In this document: positions 38,157 through 50,524 of the stretch, in pieces
Numbering within the stretch: the first letter of the stretch is position 1
Layout of the letters: each line of letters opens with the position of its first letter
Assembly (NCBI RefSeq): GCF_021869535.1
Contig: NW_026262700.1
Coordinates: forward strand, 806,001-870,000
Source of the DNA: Mytilus californianus
Lineage: Eukaryota
DNA: 64,000 nucleotides
Direction: 5' to 3'
Program-made: the position numbers and the translations under genes
Notes under the pieces: generated by a model
Told to the model about the DNA's origin: nothing
The model's database searches: none
Seen by the model: only the letters and a program-made list of their open reading frames with translations

Positions 38157-40044
38157 CATCTATGAGCTATTGTCCCTGAAATGTGTAAATTTACAAATTT
38201 TCACAGTTTTCTGCTACTATCCGACAACTATATCAATATATTATAAGAAAAAATTGCAAAATTGGTCAGAAGAAACCTTTTTTTTTTACAGTCTGAACTT
38301 ATTCTGAATTGTTTAACTTCTAATTTAAATTGATTGCGTTTGAAATATGTGTTTTTTATCGTTTTAGGTGCACAATTTGTCAATACGATCTATTTCGGCT
38401 CCTGGGAGCCTCTAGATTTATAATGAATAATTTGTATTTATGTATGATTATTTTCTTAATGTTTTAAATGAAACATTAATTATTCTTTTCCATTTGTTGT
38501 TAAACTTATTTATAAGTCCAGATCCTATCATATGTCAGTAGTTACAAATTAGACGGCAAAATTGAGAAAATTTGAATATGCAGGTTACCCCATTTTGTTG
38601 TGGCATTTACTAGACACCAACATTATTTGCCGAGCTTGATATTCTTTTTGATTGGGTATATATAGTTATACTTTGCAAGTAGATATGTTGTTTTACAATA
38701 ATATACGGGTCTTGGAGTATTTTGGCTCTGAAAGATGACCAAAATCAGCCATTTTGGACATGTAGCTAAATAAGACATATTGAAACAGTTAGATTATACA
38801 TACACTTAATAGACAGCATTGTTAATTCTATGCATTCTTACACTTAAAGTGATGTATTACTAGGAACAACTATCAAAAAATTATAAATGTTACCATATTT
38901 TTTTATTTAAACCCGCGAAATATGCCAAAAAAGGCTTATTTTTGCTGTTTTCGAGCAATTTCATCTGTTAAAACATGGCGCTCAAAAAATATCCAGATCG
39001 GTTCAATATTTTCCCAAAAAAATTTGTGTGGTTATTTACATTACTAAGGTGCACCAATATGCCAAATATGAACTCATTTGGAAAAAGTGACATTCGGACA
39101 GTTTTGCATGGTTTTCTGGCAGATTGGCTCTTAAGAAAAATAAACAAGATAAAACTTTATAGTGATGGTTTTTCTTGTTTAGACTTTGTTATGCTGTCCA
39201 GCCACATGATTTATGTTTCTGGATTTCCACATACTGGTAATTTTTTGGAGTTATTCTAAAGAAACATTTCGCGTTCATAGAAATCATATCGAACGTTTTT
39301 CGCTTCCAGTTGGTCATTACTGATGATAGTATCGTAATTTAAAATAATATTTGCCTTCAAGCCCGTGCTTTAGTATCGGCATAATGCAAATAAATAATGG
39401 TCTGTAATTTTTTATTCATAACATCATTTCGGTATATAATATTAAGTCCCCCATTCCCTTAAGAAAAGATGGTTCCGGACACTTTTGGTGTTTTGTGTTC
39501 CCTTAAGGAATTAGTGCTTTCAAACATTTACTATATTTCTATCAAAATGTTTGATTCCAGCTTACCTGATGCAAGTTATTCTATAATCACTTGATTCGTG
39601 GTATCTTTGATGAGTTAAGTAAACAATTGTATTCCAAACAAAAATGTTTGGCACCTTCGGGTTGATTGTTATATAAGACAAAAACCACAAGACACAACTA
39701 GAGATAAAAATACACAAACATGACAAAAGACACGTGACTGTGCAATATGTCTAACCCTATCTCATCTGAGTCCAGAAAAGCCGATAGCTTTTGCATAAGT
39801 ATCTTTGACTATATGTTAAATATAGGATTCTACACATAACAATAAAATATTACCTTTTACAGTACTGTGTTTGCATACATTGTTCTTGCCAAATGTTTGA
39901 TTCATTGGACTCGATATGTTCTATAGTAACACAAATGGGTCTGCATGGTTAAGTACCTTTTCTTTCTTCTACAAATTCCACAGAAGAATATAACTTATAA
40001 AGACATTGAAATTTGTATAAATGTCTGTTAGAGAATTTGTATTG

Positions 40045-40310
40045 ATTGATTGATTGTTGTTAAAGACCACTTTAAGCACTGTTGTACAGGACGCGACAAG
40101 AGAGCTGCTGAAGACTAGTAACCAGTTAACCCAGTGCTATATCGTGGCGGTTAGTTTTTTAATGGTGGAGGAAGCCGGAGTACCCGGATATAACCAATAA
40201 ACTTCGGTAGGAAAACTGACAATACTAGCATATTAAGAATGGAGTCGAACATAACTGTATCGTGCCGGATTCGAATTCACAACCTCAGTATTGACAGGCT
40301 GTGATATACT
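40045..40310 (-). mobile_element. tRNA-derived SINE-like element, reverse orientation
   Basis: Minus strand has B-box-like GGTTGTGAATTCGAATCC near its 5' end and ends in a (CAAT)n tail (ATTG repeats at about 40040-40055 on plus). Confidence 0.6.
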
Positions 40311-40487
40311 CTGTATTGATCATATGTGGTACACTTTTAATATCATTGTATATAATATATAGTAGGTTACCTCGATGACAAAATTATTTTTGTTAAATGT
40401 AAAAATAGAGAGAAGATACCAAGTAGAAAAATCCTTTTCAACAGACACCGTGGCCAAAATAAACGACGAAAAGACAAACAACATTAA

Positions 40488-40877
40488 GGATGTTCGCTCC
40501 TTTTGTTTTAGATTTTTTGCCAGATATTCGGAATCCTCTGGTTTTATCCATGTAGTGCCATTAAAAATTTTGCCCACTAACCCATACTTTTCTTTTTCAT
40601 AATTTTATTACATATAGTTTAAAAAGCCATATTTGAAAATACTATAAAATCCTTGTTATGTTCTCATCATTTTTTAAAGAAAACAGGTGCCAATGTTAAA
40701 TGTACGAAAAGTCTAGAGAGGATTATTTCCCGCCAAATTTTCAATGGCTTTTATCTCGAAAACAAGCACACGGACCCTTCATTTTTTTCTGCTTTTTTAG
40801 TTCCTTTATTTATATACTCCCAATTTATAACAGTCTTTTAAAAAGCTTGTTATTTTGAAACAGAGTAGCGAACATCC
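40488..40877. mobile_element. Non-autonomous Kolobok-like DNA transposon (TTAA target duplication)
   Basis: TTAA|GGATGTTCGCT...AGCGAACATCC|TTAA; internal sequence similar to 20705-21093. Confidence 0.85.
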
Positions 40878-41483
40878 TTAACAAGACGTTTCACGGAAAA
40901 TTAAGTATGAGCAACACAAACCCGAATACAACCATTTCAATGATTGAATAGAATATGTTCTATACTACCAAGCATTCAATACCGTTTAATAATTATAGAT
41001 ACTTATTGTCGTGAATACTCTTATTGAGGTTTCTATCCCTTCAAGTTAATCCTACAGCTCTTGTATTGCTCCTTTACGTTAATGTCAACCAAACAAGATG
41101 TTGAAAGACTAAATTGAGACAAAATATGTTAGAAACTTCTGCAACGCATATTATTTTATATTATAGTTTAATGATTAAAATTACATTCCTCAAATAAACA
41201 TTGATATGACTAAAAAGTTATAAGGGGTACATACAAAACACAAAATCATCATAGTTGATTTATTGGTAATTACTATATGTACACATATAACATTTTTAAT
41301 GTTTATGGTATGATGTGGAGTCTAGAAACGTAAATTCAATTTGATACTGTGACATTTTGTCTTAAATCTTCAGTATTATCTTGTATGCTTCCACTATGTA
41401 AAGACTTCTCAGTTGCTGTAACACTTAAATCGCCATAATCTTTTTCCTTTTTCTTTCTTGATTTTGCTCCATCCGTTTTAACC

Positions 41484-42350
41484 TTACCTATCAGACCTCG
41501 TTTTTGGTATTTTAGGAAGCGTTAAGGCACGTGGTGTGATTCGATTACTAACATTTTCCATGACTCTTGCTTGGTCCTTCACGTTCTTAACGATGTTCTG
41601 ATTATGTAATACTTCTTGGTCACGTGATTGTTCAAATGTATCTGTTGTTCTGGGTTCGCCGTCTAAGGGCTGGACAGACCTCTTGAAAACTTCCTTCTTT
41701 AATCCTTCTATCTTTTGAACATGTAAAAGCCAAGCTTTTCTTTCGTTATATTTGCGTTTTTCAATTTCTTGAAAACGTTTTTGTGACGCTTCGAACTCCT
41801 CTTCTCTTTTGTGTTCCAATTCTTGCATGCGATGAAGAAATGCTTCCTGTTCTTGTTGTTTCCTCTCTTCAAGGTGACTTACTCTGGTTTTTAATTTTTC
41901 AACGTTCTTCTGTTTTTGTTTCTCGATTTCAAGAATTCTTTGTTGTAAAGCATCATTTTCTATTTGGAATTCTTTATCCTTTCTCTGAAGCATTCGACAA
42001 AAAGCAAAATTGTTCGCTCTTCGTCTCTTTTCAAATTCAACCATTCTCCTTTTAAGCATTAGATTATCAGTCTTTTTCTTTTTCTCTATTTTTCTTATTT
42101 GTGTTTGAATTTCTTCCCTATAAGTTTGTTCTAGTTCCCTTTCGTCATTTTTTCTTGTCAACTTCCGTTCCAATAGCCTCTGCCACTGAATTTCTTCCAT
42201 TCGGATATGGGACGTGATTGGTTCAAGATTACGTATTGTCCCCACTATCCGACTTTTTTGTTGTTCAAATGGTTCATGCTTCCAAGTGTAAGGTAATATT
42301 CTACTATCAGTGTCAGTGTTTTCTTGGTCATCATTTTTTGCGCGAATCAT
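41484..42350 (-). CDS. Coiled-coil ORF CC-C (288 aa, eight consecutive 18-residue repeats)
   Basis: QIRKIE.../RMVEFE.../MLQRKD.../RILEIE.../RVSHLE.../RMQELE.../RFQEIE...ERKAW/HVQKIE recur at 18-aa spacing. Confidence 0.8.
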   Translation of the reverse strand: MIRAKNDDQENTDTDSRILPYTWKHEPFEQQKSRIVGTIRNLEPITSHIRMEEIQWQRLLERKLTRKNDERELEQTYREEIQTQIRKIEKKKKTDNLMLKRRMVEFEKRRRANNFAFCRMLQRKDKEFQIENDALQQRILEIEKQKQKNVEKLKTRVSHLEERKQQEQEAFLHRMQELEHKREEEFEASQKRFQEIEKRKYNERKAWLLHVQKIEGLKKEVFKRSVQPLDGEPRTTDTFEQSRDQEVLHNQNIVKNVKDQARVMENVSNRITPRALTLPKIPKTRSDR

Positions 42351-42884
42351 TTCCTTTGCCTTAGTAAGCTTATTTTTGTATGTTAGCTACGTTCATCGCG
42401 CGGGTCTTTCTCTTGTTCGTGAACAGCTGGTATTGCAGAGCTACTGTATACTGATTCCTTTCTGTATTGGTTGTTCTTCTCGTTTATGTTTTCCTTAATT
42501 TCTTCGTCTTTGACGTTCTTATTTTCGTCTTGTCTTCCCGCCACTTGATGAGCTCCTTTTGCAGAGCCACTATATACAAAATCGTTTCTTTCTCGATTAA
42601 TCTTTTCATTTACATTTTCTTTCAATGCCTCGTCTTTTTTTATCGGTATTTTCGTCTTTTCGTACTGCCTGTTGGTGTCCAAATTCTTGCTCATCAATAA
42701 TCGCGCTTATTGAATTGATAGCATTCATTTGTTCTGTAGTAACGTCTCGTAAATTCATTGAACTAACTTTCTTATCACGTGCTTCTTCTTTCTTTCCATT
42801 TACCACGTTTCTTGTTTCACTTTGATCGCTAATTTTGTTTACATAATGACTTTCATATTATTCGGTTAAAATAATGTGTATTCT
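42351..42884 (-). pseudogene. Frame-disrupted 5' part of the CC-C exon
   Basis: Acceptor ttttttccag| at 42884 and in-frame TAA at 42858. ORFs 42606-42806 and 42383-42697 join if the A7 run (plus-strand T7 at 42635-42641) were A6; the joined frame has an internal repeat (HQ..VR.DEN...DE..KEN.NEK.N...VYS.SA) twice. Confidence 0.55.
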
Positions 42885-44309
42885 CTGGAAAAAATAAGTC
42901 CTTTGTTAATAACTTCGATACATTCTTTGAGATAGGATTTGTTTAATTTAAAAAAAAAAAAGTTTTCTGTATTGTCTTTAGGGTTGGTTTTCAAATTAAT
43001 TTGCCTGATGCTATTTGTTGTTTACGGAGAAATGACATTTGTATCTACTTTTTAATATACTATTAGCATCTGTCTAGCTCAGGTTGTCCTAAGTATACAT
43101 GAAATATTTGCCACTGGGCAATAAGCCAACAACAAAAAAGTATCTTACAACTGGTTATCTTTAATTATGTTGATGATTTTGTTATTAAAGGAATTTGGCT
43201 TTGATGAAGATATTTTGCACAGGGGCATCGGGCATGGACCTCATTTTTCTAATGTGTTTACATTAAAGAGATTTTCTTATTAAATTTTCTTACTGTCCCT
43301 TATTTTATGTCTTCTTGATCTTATTTATACACTCTTACTATAGCTGTAGTTTGTACGTGCTGTCACTCTACTATTACTTTCCAGGATTAGAGGAGCATAA
43401 CGTATAAATCACGGTTATTGTAAGAATGCACGGATAAAAGCAAAAACAAGTAAAGTAAGAGGAAATAAGTATAGATATAAAGAAAATAAGATAAAAATTA
43501 ACTTGAAAAGAAACAGAAACGACAACAAAAAAGTAGAAATTTAAAGAGAGGTCGATATCCCAAGCGCATGTGATCTTAGGAAGTCACTGTTAAACTTTTC
43601 GACACTCCGAACGATTGAGATGTTGAAATATTATGTAGAGGAATGTTTGCTGACTTTCAAATGTCTTTTATTTCTTGTGTCGTTGGGATGCTGTCTAATT
43701 GACGTATACCAGTATCTCCTAATAATCTTTTAGTGTTAATCCAGGTATCATTAATTTTGCAAAACTGTTACTGTAAAAGGTTGTTAAACAACTTGTACTG
43801 TATCAGATTTGAAAACAAAGAGGATTGTTCAAAGCGTATTTTTCTTATCCCAAAACACATACGATAAATTTCTGATTTTAAATTTAATTGCTATCCCAAA
43901 TTTGATTACATTCTGAACTAAATATAATACTTTAAAATTCGCAAAATAACACACAAAAAAAGATGAATAAAGAATAAATCTTCAGGACACGAATAGAAAA
44001 ACATATAGTTTATTATCATATTATCGTCATAAATAACAGCTGATTACCTCTTACATCAAGTCCATATTTATATAGTCTTTGATAAGATTCATTGATAGTG
44101 AAAATATTCAACACAAAGCTACAATGATTACATTTTGTCATACATTTCGTAACATAAGCAACATAATTTCATGTATAATTGAAATGCATGAATAATGAAT
44201 TACCGAATCGATCTTACAGTTATAATAGGGTATAATTACAAAAACCAATAACTTTCCTTAGTCAAAAAGATAATTATAGTTTAAATTAAAAAAAAAATTG
44301 TTTTTAACA

Positions 44310-44762
44310 GCTGCTCACAAGGAAGCTATTAAACCAAGAGTTCCAAATGGTGAAGTTGAAGTCATCCCTTCGTAAATTTTACGGACGCCATCACGAGTTG
44401 GTTGACCGTTATGGAATTACCGTTTCACAGATGATATCGGATATGTTCCTTATGTCGTAACTACAATACCCTTCCCTTTTCACGAATGTGACTTACCGAA
44501 TTAGACTATTTACCGGATTTGTAATAACATAAGCAACTCGACGGGTGCCACATGTGGAGCAGGATCTGCTTACCCTTCCGGAGCACCTGAGATCACCCCC
44601 AGTTTTTGGTGGGGTTCGTGTTGCTTAGTCTTTAGTTTTCTATGTTGTGTCATCTGTACTATTATTTGTCTGTTTGTCTTTTTATTTTTGGCCATGACGT
44701 TGTCAGTTTGTTTTCGATCTATGAGTTTGACTGTCCCTCTGGTATCTTTCGTCCCTCTCTTT
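44310..44762 (+). mobile_element. 3' end of an RT-type retroelement with its 3' UTR
   Basis: Reads LLTRKLLNQEFQMVKLKSSLRKFYGRHHELVDRYGITVSQMISDMFLMS*, then the GCAGGATCTGCTTACCCTTCCGGAGCACCTGAGATCACC repeat; shorter copies at about 45765-45870 and 50285-50472. Confidence 0.65.
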
Positions 44763-45137
44763 TAAAGCAATCTGAAACTAAATATTATATATTTGTCGAA
44801 TATTGTTTTTAAATAAAAGCACTTATAACTGACTAGATATTTCAAAAGTACTTTTGAGTCTTCAACATATTTTCCTCCATACTATTGTGTCCATGACTAT
44901 TCTATTCAGGTGTGCTTGAGACCAAAGGTTGTATAAATCAATAGCCGTTTGCTTTACGTCAAGTGACAAGTATTACACGCATATTATGGACGACAATGCA
45001 TTCACTAATAAATCGAAAGTATAAATTCTGCAAAAGCGTTGAAGTTAGAAGATAGGCAATTACAATAAGAAGGACCGTGACTTTTTCTGGAGACGGATTC
45101 ATCCAAAAACGAAAAACAAAGATTTTCCAGTTTTTTA

Positions 45138-45447
45138 TTACGGTTTGATGGTACTTTTCATATTATGAGGGGTCATTTTATCATTTTTCATTTTGACCTT
45201 GATCACACTTATATGTCTCTGCCATGTTGCGTGTCCATCTTTGTTTTTCTTTTCTTTTTCTGAAAGTTTCCTTTGAAAAGCATCTTTTTCCTCCCTCATT
45301 TTTCTCTCTATTTGCAAAATTCTTTGTTCAGAGTTATATCTATTTTCCTGTTGTTTTTGTTCAATGTCTTGTATTTTTCTGTATAAACTGTGCCTTTCTG
45401 CAACTTTTCGACTTTCGATTTGTTCCAGTTTTTTTCGTGTTATTTCC
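45138..45447 (-). CDS. RING/coiled-coil gene 2, coding exon 3 (18-residue repeats, to stop)
   Basis: Acceptor gtatttcag|G at 45447 (phase 2); EITRKKLEQIESRKVAERHSLYRKIQDIE...TWQRHISVIK...TIKP*. Missed by the ORF track because it has no start codon. Confidence 0.75.
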
Positions 45448-46324
45448 CTGAAATACGTAATATAAGGTATTTAAAGTATTAGTAACTGTTTTATCTTTAT
45501 GTATAGGAGTATACACAATTTGAATACTTTTTTCCCAAGTCTTCTCGAAATGGGGTGTTAAATCGGAGGATTCGTGTTGTGAGAGTGTCACCTTGCTAGA
45601 CGTTAAGGGACCTCAGTGGCCTAGTGGTCTAAGTCGTTCATATCCTTAAACCATAGCCTGTCAACATTACATATATCGAGTCAATTACCAATCCTCCATT
45701 GTGTGATACCTAATCACTTGATATAACTAAACAACGCAATTTATAAGACTAACACATCGCTTGTCACATGTGAAGCAGGATCTGAAGTGGGGTTGCTCAG
45801 TCTTTAGTTTTCTATGTTGTGTTTTGCAGAGTGCTTTTTGTCTTTTGGTAGTTTTTCGTTTTTTTGCTATGGCTTTGTTAATATAAAAAAGAAGATGTGG
45901 TATGATTGCCAATGATACAACTCTCCACAAGAGACCAAATGACACAGCAATTAACAACTATAGGTCACCGTACGGCCTTCAACAATGAGCAAAGCCCATA
46001 CCGCATGTAAGTTTATCTTCGAATTATGAGTTTGAATATCCCTTTATTATCTCATGCCTCTCTTTTAATTAACCGATTCATTGTTTTATTTTTTCGATTC
46101 CTAAATAAACAAGAAATATTTGTCCCTGAACGTTATGCACGAAACTTGCAATCGCAATCGTCTAAGAAAATTAATATACCAATGATCAATAGTTCTTCAA
46201 AGGAATAGCATTTGATCATATACTTTTGTAAGATCGCCGTATGATTTAATGTTGCTTTTCATACACGTTTTTATCAAATCATAAACTATAATACGATGAA
46301 GTAACCATGGTAAATAAATCTGAC

Positions 46325-46927
46325 CTTTTTTTCTGCTTGACATTTTCAATATCTTCCAGTTTTTGATAGAAGTTCCCTCTGTTAGTATGTGCTTGTTGCA
46401 ATGCAATCGCAGGCAATTTGTCCGTTTTCCTGTCGGTTATATCCGTAAGTGGTCGGTAATAGTCGGAACGAGAAGTGTTTGATTCTAAAGGAGGTAACGT
46501 CTGTGCGCTTTGCCTATCTAACACATTTTGTCTCTTAATCTTTTCCATCTTTTTTATCCGACGTTGGACAACCTCCTTTTTCAAATGGTGTATTTTGTCA
46601 ACCTCCTTAGCTACTTTGTGATATTCTATTCGGTCGTCAGTTGATAACGTGTCTCTCTCGGTACTAACGCTGGATTCTGACGAATGGTGAGAATCGGCAA
46701 CATGATGTTTAAGCCTTTCAAGTCTACCTTTCCATGCACACATAGAAGACTCGCATCGTACATATTTGCTCTCTATTTTATTTCTCAAATCAGTATTATC
46801 ACTGTACGTAGCCTGTGCTCCACAGGTAGGGCACGTTTTGTTCCCCCGTCTAGTCCATTCTTTGACGCATGACAAGCAATATACATGTCCGTTACAACAT
46901 TGTTGGGGTTGATTCAGAATTAATCGA
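46325..46927 (-). CDS. RING/coiled-coil gene 2, coding exon 2
   Basis: Acceptor ttttcag|T at 46927, at the same RING position as gene 1; RLILNQPQQCCNGHVYCLSCVKEW...CPTC and VRCESSMCAWKGRLERLKHH. Donor AG|gtcaga at 46325 is a weaker match. Confidence 0.8.
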
Positions 46928-48021
46928 CTGAAAATAAACAAAATGTATACAAGTTATGCTATTAAAAAAAAACTTCATAGATTTTCATTTAACTTTCCTT
47001 AAAAAAATATTATAAGGCTTAGTTTAATTTTGTGTTGTTGTATTTATTTATATATTAATAAATTATTTTGTGAAAACTTCTTCCAAAATCAAGGAAAATA
47101 GAAAAATAATCACCTTTTTTTGTTTACTCTTTTTTCATTTTTTTTTTTTTTACAATAATGGCATTGATACAAATTCAGAACCACGAATGTCAGTATTTTG
47201 CCAAAATTAACGCATTTCTTCAATTTTTTTTGTATTTTTCTTTCAAAAACAAGTTGATTTATTTGTTATTTGTTTAAGGATGTCCTTCGATACGAAATTT
47301 CAGACAAAAGACATGTAATTTTATAAAAAGTATATTAAATATGTTTTCAACATTACTGTAAAACGCTATTGAACAGTTTCATTTCATGGACATATGCCAA
47401 ATAGTTGACACTCTTTTCAGTGTATTTTAAAGACTCTTTTTAAAATCAAGTCGGTCACACAAACTTGTTTATTCTAACCCTGCAAGTGAAACAAGTAATG
47501 AGTATATTGGCCCTATCTCTTTGTACTGCAATTTTTTATCATTGTAAACTTACTCAAACAAAGCAGATTACAATGGATTCTCTAGATTCGTTTGGATATT
47601 ACATAAAACATTAAACGTATTTGCTTGTCTCGTCCGTTCGTTTTTCGTTGACAGGAGAAGGCTTATATAAAATGAACTAGTACTTAGATATATCTTTAAA
47701 ATTTAACACGCTGTTTAATTAAAAAAAACAACAAAGACACGGAGAGCGCTTTGCAATTTCATAAGTTGTATCAACAGTAAAATAATTCCTCCTACACAAT
47801 CTTGATTTGAACATATTCATGCACTTTAACTATTTCTTTAGAAAAAATTATTAACTTGACTGTGTAAGTATATTTTTCATATGTTATCTCATCTCACCCT
47901 TTTTATGCATGTTAATTCTTATTTGAATTTCTCTTTAATCTTTGTTCCTGCGTGTTTTATGAGAATGAACTATCTATCTATCATATAATTTTGTTTATAT
48001 AAAGTCTAATAATATTCTTAC

Positions 48022-48116
48022 CAAATAGAACACGTATATTCTAGTCTTTCTCTTTTAGAGAGGTCCAGGAATATTTCATTATCATGTCCGCCTACGTCAA
48101 CCAGTGTTTCATCCAT
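48022..48116 (-). CDS. RING/coiled-coil gene 2, coding exon 1 (spliced product about 335 aa)
   Basis: ATG at 48116; MDETLVDVGGHDNEIFLDLSKRERLEYTCSI-TG|gtaaga; paralogous to exon 6428-6507. Confidence 0.85.
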
Positions 48117-49895
48117 TTATATCATGAACTCTGAGCGAATTATATCCCATGTATACTAAAAGCAAATCGGTCTTCAATTCATACGAACTCTCTTAATTAT
48201 AACATTTTGTTTTGTAGAATCATCGAAGAACAGCAAGTCAAATAGCACTCCAATGGTGAAATAAATTATTATTCCATCATTTTTTATGGATGCTGCACAT
48301 AAAAATAAACTTAATGCACTTGCTTGACCTTTAGACGAACCGAAAATTCAATAAAAATCAAAGTATTAACTGATTTAATTTAGAAATAATCTCCAGAAAT
48401 ACAAAACTAAATTCAGATGAATTTTTTTGTCAAATCGAAACACAAAACTGAAACAAACGAAACAAAATACTAGTATAAATCGTGAATTCTACTTTTTTTC
48501 AAATATTTTAGAACACACAATGACAAATTAAAAAGTCCTCATAGATAGTTTTAAACAATAATAGAACGATTATTTGAATATAAACATTAAATACCTTAAG
48601 GGTTCAAAATATAATAAATGACTATCAATTTCAGTTTAAAAAGTGTAAAATGTAATTTGATATTTAAAATTATATGCACCGTTTCATCTCGATACCTCTT
48701 ATTATTATAAACAAATTGAACATAAGGTCAAAATAGTGTTAATAATTCAGTTGAACATAAAGGTGTGCACACAATTCTAAGCCTGTTTTTTCCCTTAAAT
48801 ACGTCATTATTAAAGACTTTGCAATGAGATGCTAGATACTATACCAGTACTCATAATATCAAAAGATTTATTCACATTATAATAAAAAAAATTCTACAAA
48901 AGCGGATTCAAGGGGTGGGAGTAAATTTGCCCCTGTACTACACCAATGTATTTCGCAAAAAAAGTTCTTAAACTACACTAATCTGATTGTAATACTTATC
49001 CTTTATCCACGCTTAGCTTACAGGTATCTAACAACACTCCGGTATTTACATGCCATATCTGTCATATGAAGGTCACAGCGACCTCGGAATCTTGAGAAAC
49101 GATCCCTTAAGATTTGAATGTTTTACCACTGAAAGTAACACAGCCTTTAAATTTAGATTTAAAGAGCATCTTTCATGTTTTCATAATAAGTGGCTAGTAT
49201 CTTGCTTTTTATAAAAGAAAATCAAATTAAAAATACATGTCTTTTTTGAGTGGCAACAAACAATTGTTTCAAAGCATTATGTCCGTTCCCACTGGTAAAA
49301 GTTGTAATTGAATCTATTCATATCATGGTTCAAGTATCTAATTACTGTACTTATTGATTGTTGTTTGCTTATCGTCCAGTGGCAAATGCTTTATGCATAT
49401 TAAGGGCGAGAACAGATTACCAAAAATATCTATAAGTATTTACTACAAAATGGGTCGACCGGAATTAGAACTGCGAAATACGACTTGGAAAATGAGTGTA
49501 TTTTGGACAGGCGCAGAAATTTTGCCTTGTTACAGGCTATCTACGGACACGTTATTAAAGTTTGAGCGTGGCACTTTCTCTACACAAATTTCCAGCCGGG
49601 CATGGCTTCATATTCATACATCCAGCACAACCAAACGAACGATCCTCTTTAGTTTATCTTTTATTGCCGGATAGGGTAAGTTCGGGGATGATCATATTTC
49701 TATAGACAATCTATCCTTGGAGATTTAAAAGAGATAAGTTAGTTCAGGATAAATTTATAGAGTGAGAAAACTTTCCCATTTAAACAAGGAAATAATTTAA
49801 CTGTATTTCCTCAATAACTAAAAACGAGGAAGTAATATTAAAAAATCACATGTCAATTAGTTCCTGTATAAAATGGTGTTCTGATTTTAGCGAAC

Positions 49896-49993
49896 ATGTA
49901 TCGAACGATGTTTGTGTTTGTGTTTCTGTGTATGCTTGTTCATGCTATTTTTTGTATGGAGTGCAGATCGCAGACTAATAAACCAGTTGATTG
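49896..49993 (+). CDS. DNASE2: DNase II (plancitoxin-like acid DNase), coding exon 1 with signal peptide
   Basis: MYRTMFVFVFLCMLVHAIFCMECRSQTNKPVD-TG|gtaaga matches the family N-terminal C...PVDW motif. Probable 5'-UTR intron 49676-49890 (gtaagt...ttttag). Confidence 0.9.
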
Positions 49994-50524
49994 GTAAGAT
50001 TTAAGTCAACTTATAACATTTAAAACTTTATATTATCTTACATCTATAGCAACTTTACAGTTGTCATTCTTTTTGTACTTGTTTAAACACTTCGGGGATT
50101 TTAATTGACAAAAAACAATTGAAAATTAGATAAAAAACTGAATTCTGAAATTTTTTGCCAAATACGACTTAAGAAATCTATGCCCGGGGGTAGAAAAACC
50201 TTAATATTCTGCTAACCTTTCAGTAAAATCACATATAGAATCTAGCTCAGCATATCGGTCTAACACAAAGAACATAAACATGTTAACGACAGGAGCCACA
50301 TGTGGAGCAGGATCTGTTTACCCGGATCACCTGAGATCATCGCGGTTTCTGGTGGTGTTCGTGTTGCTCAGTCTTTAGTTTTCTATGTTGCGTTTTGTAC
50401 ACTGTCGTTAGTCTTTTGTTAGTTCATTTTCGACTTATGAGTTTGACTTTCCCTTGGGTATCTTTTTGCCTCTCTTTTTTAGTACTGAATATGCCTTCAT
50501 TAAATATAGATTATATATTGCAAG

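Larger units (their letters stand above)
31219..39130 (+). mobile_element. Decayed Sola3-like DNA transposon (7.9 kb) with nested insertions
   Basis: TTAA|GAGCCAATCCGCCAGAAAACCATGCAA at 31219 and TTGCATGGTTTTCTGGCAGATTGGCTC|TTAA ending at 39130 (26/27 inverted match). GAG...CTC termini with a TTAA duplication fit Sola3; Kolobok is the alternative. Confidence 0.7.

Noticed and set aside
4444-42825. Many hydrophobic F/L/S-rich plus-strand ORFs (e.g. 4444-4626, 9381-9932, 27835-28335, 42625-42825)
   Set aside because: They are antisense shadows of the K/E/R-rich minus-strand coding exons.
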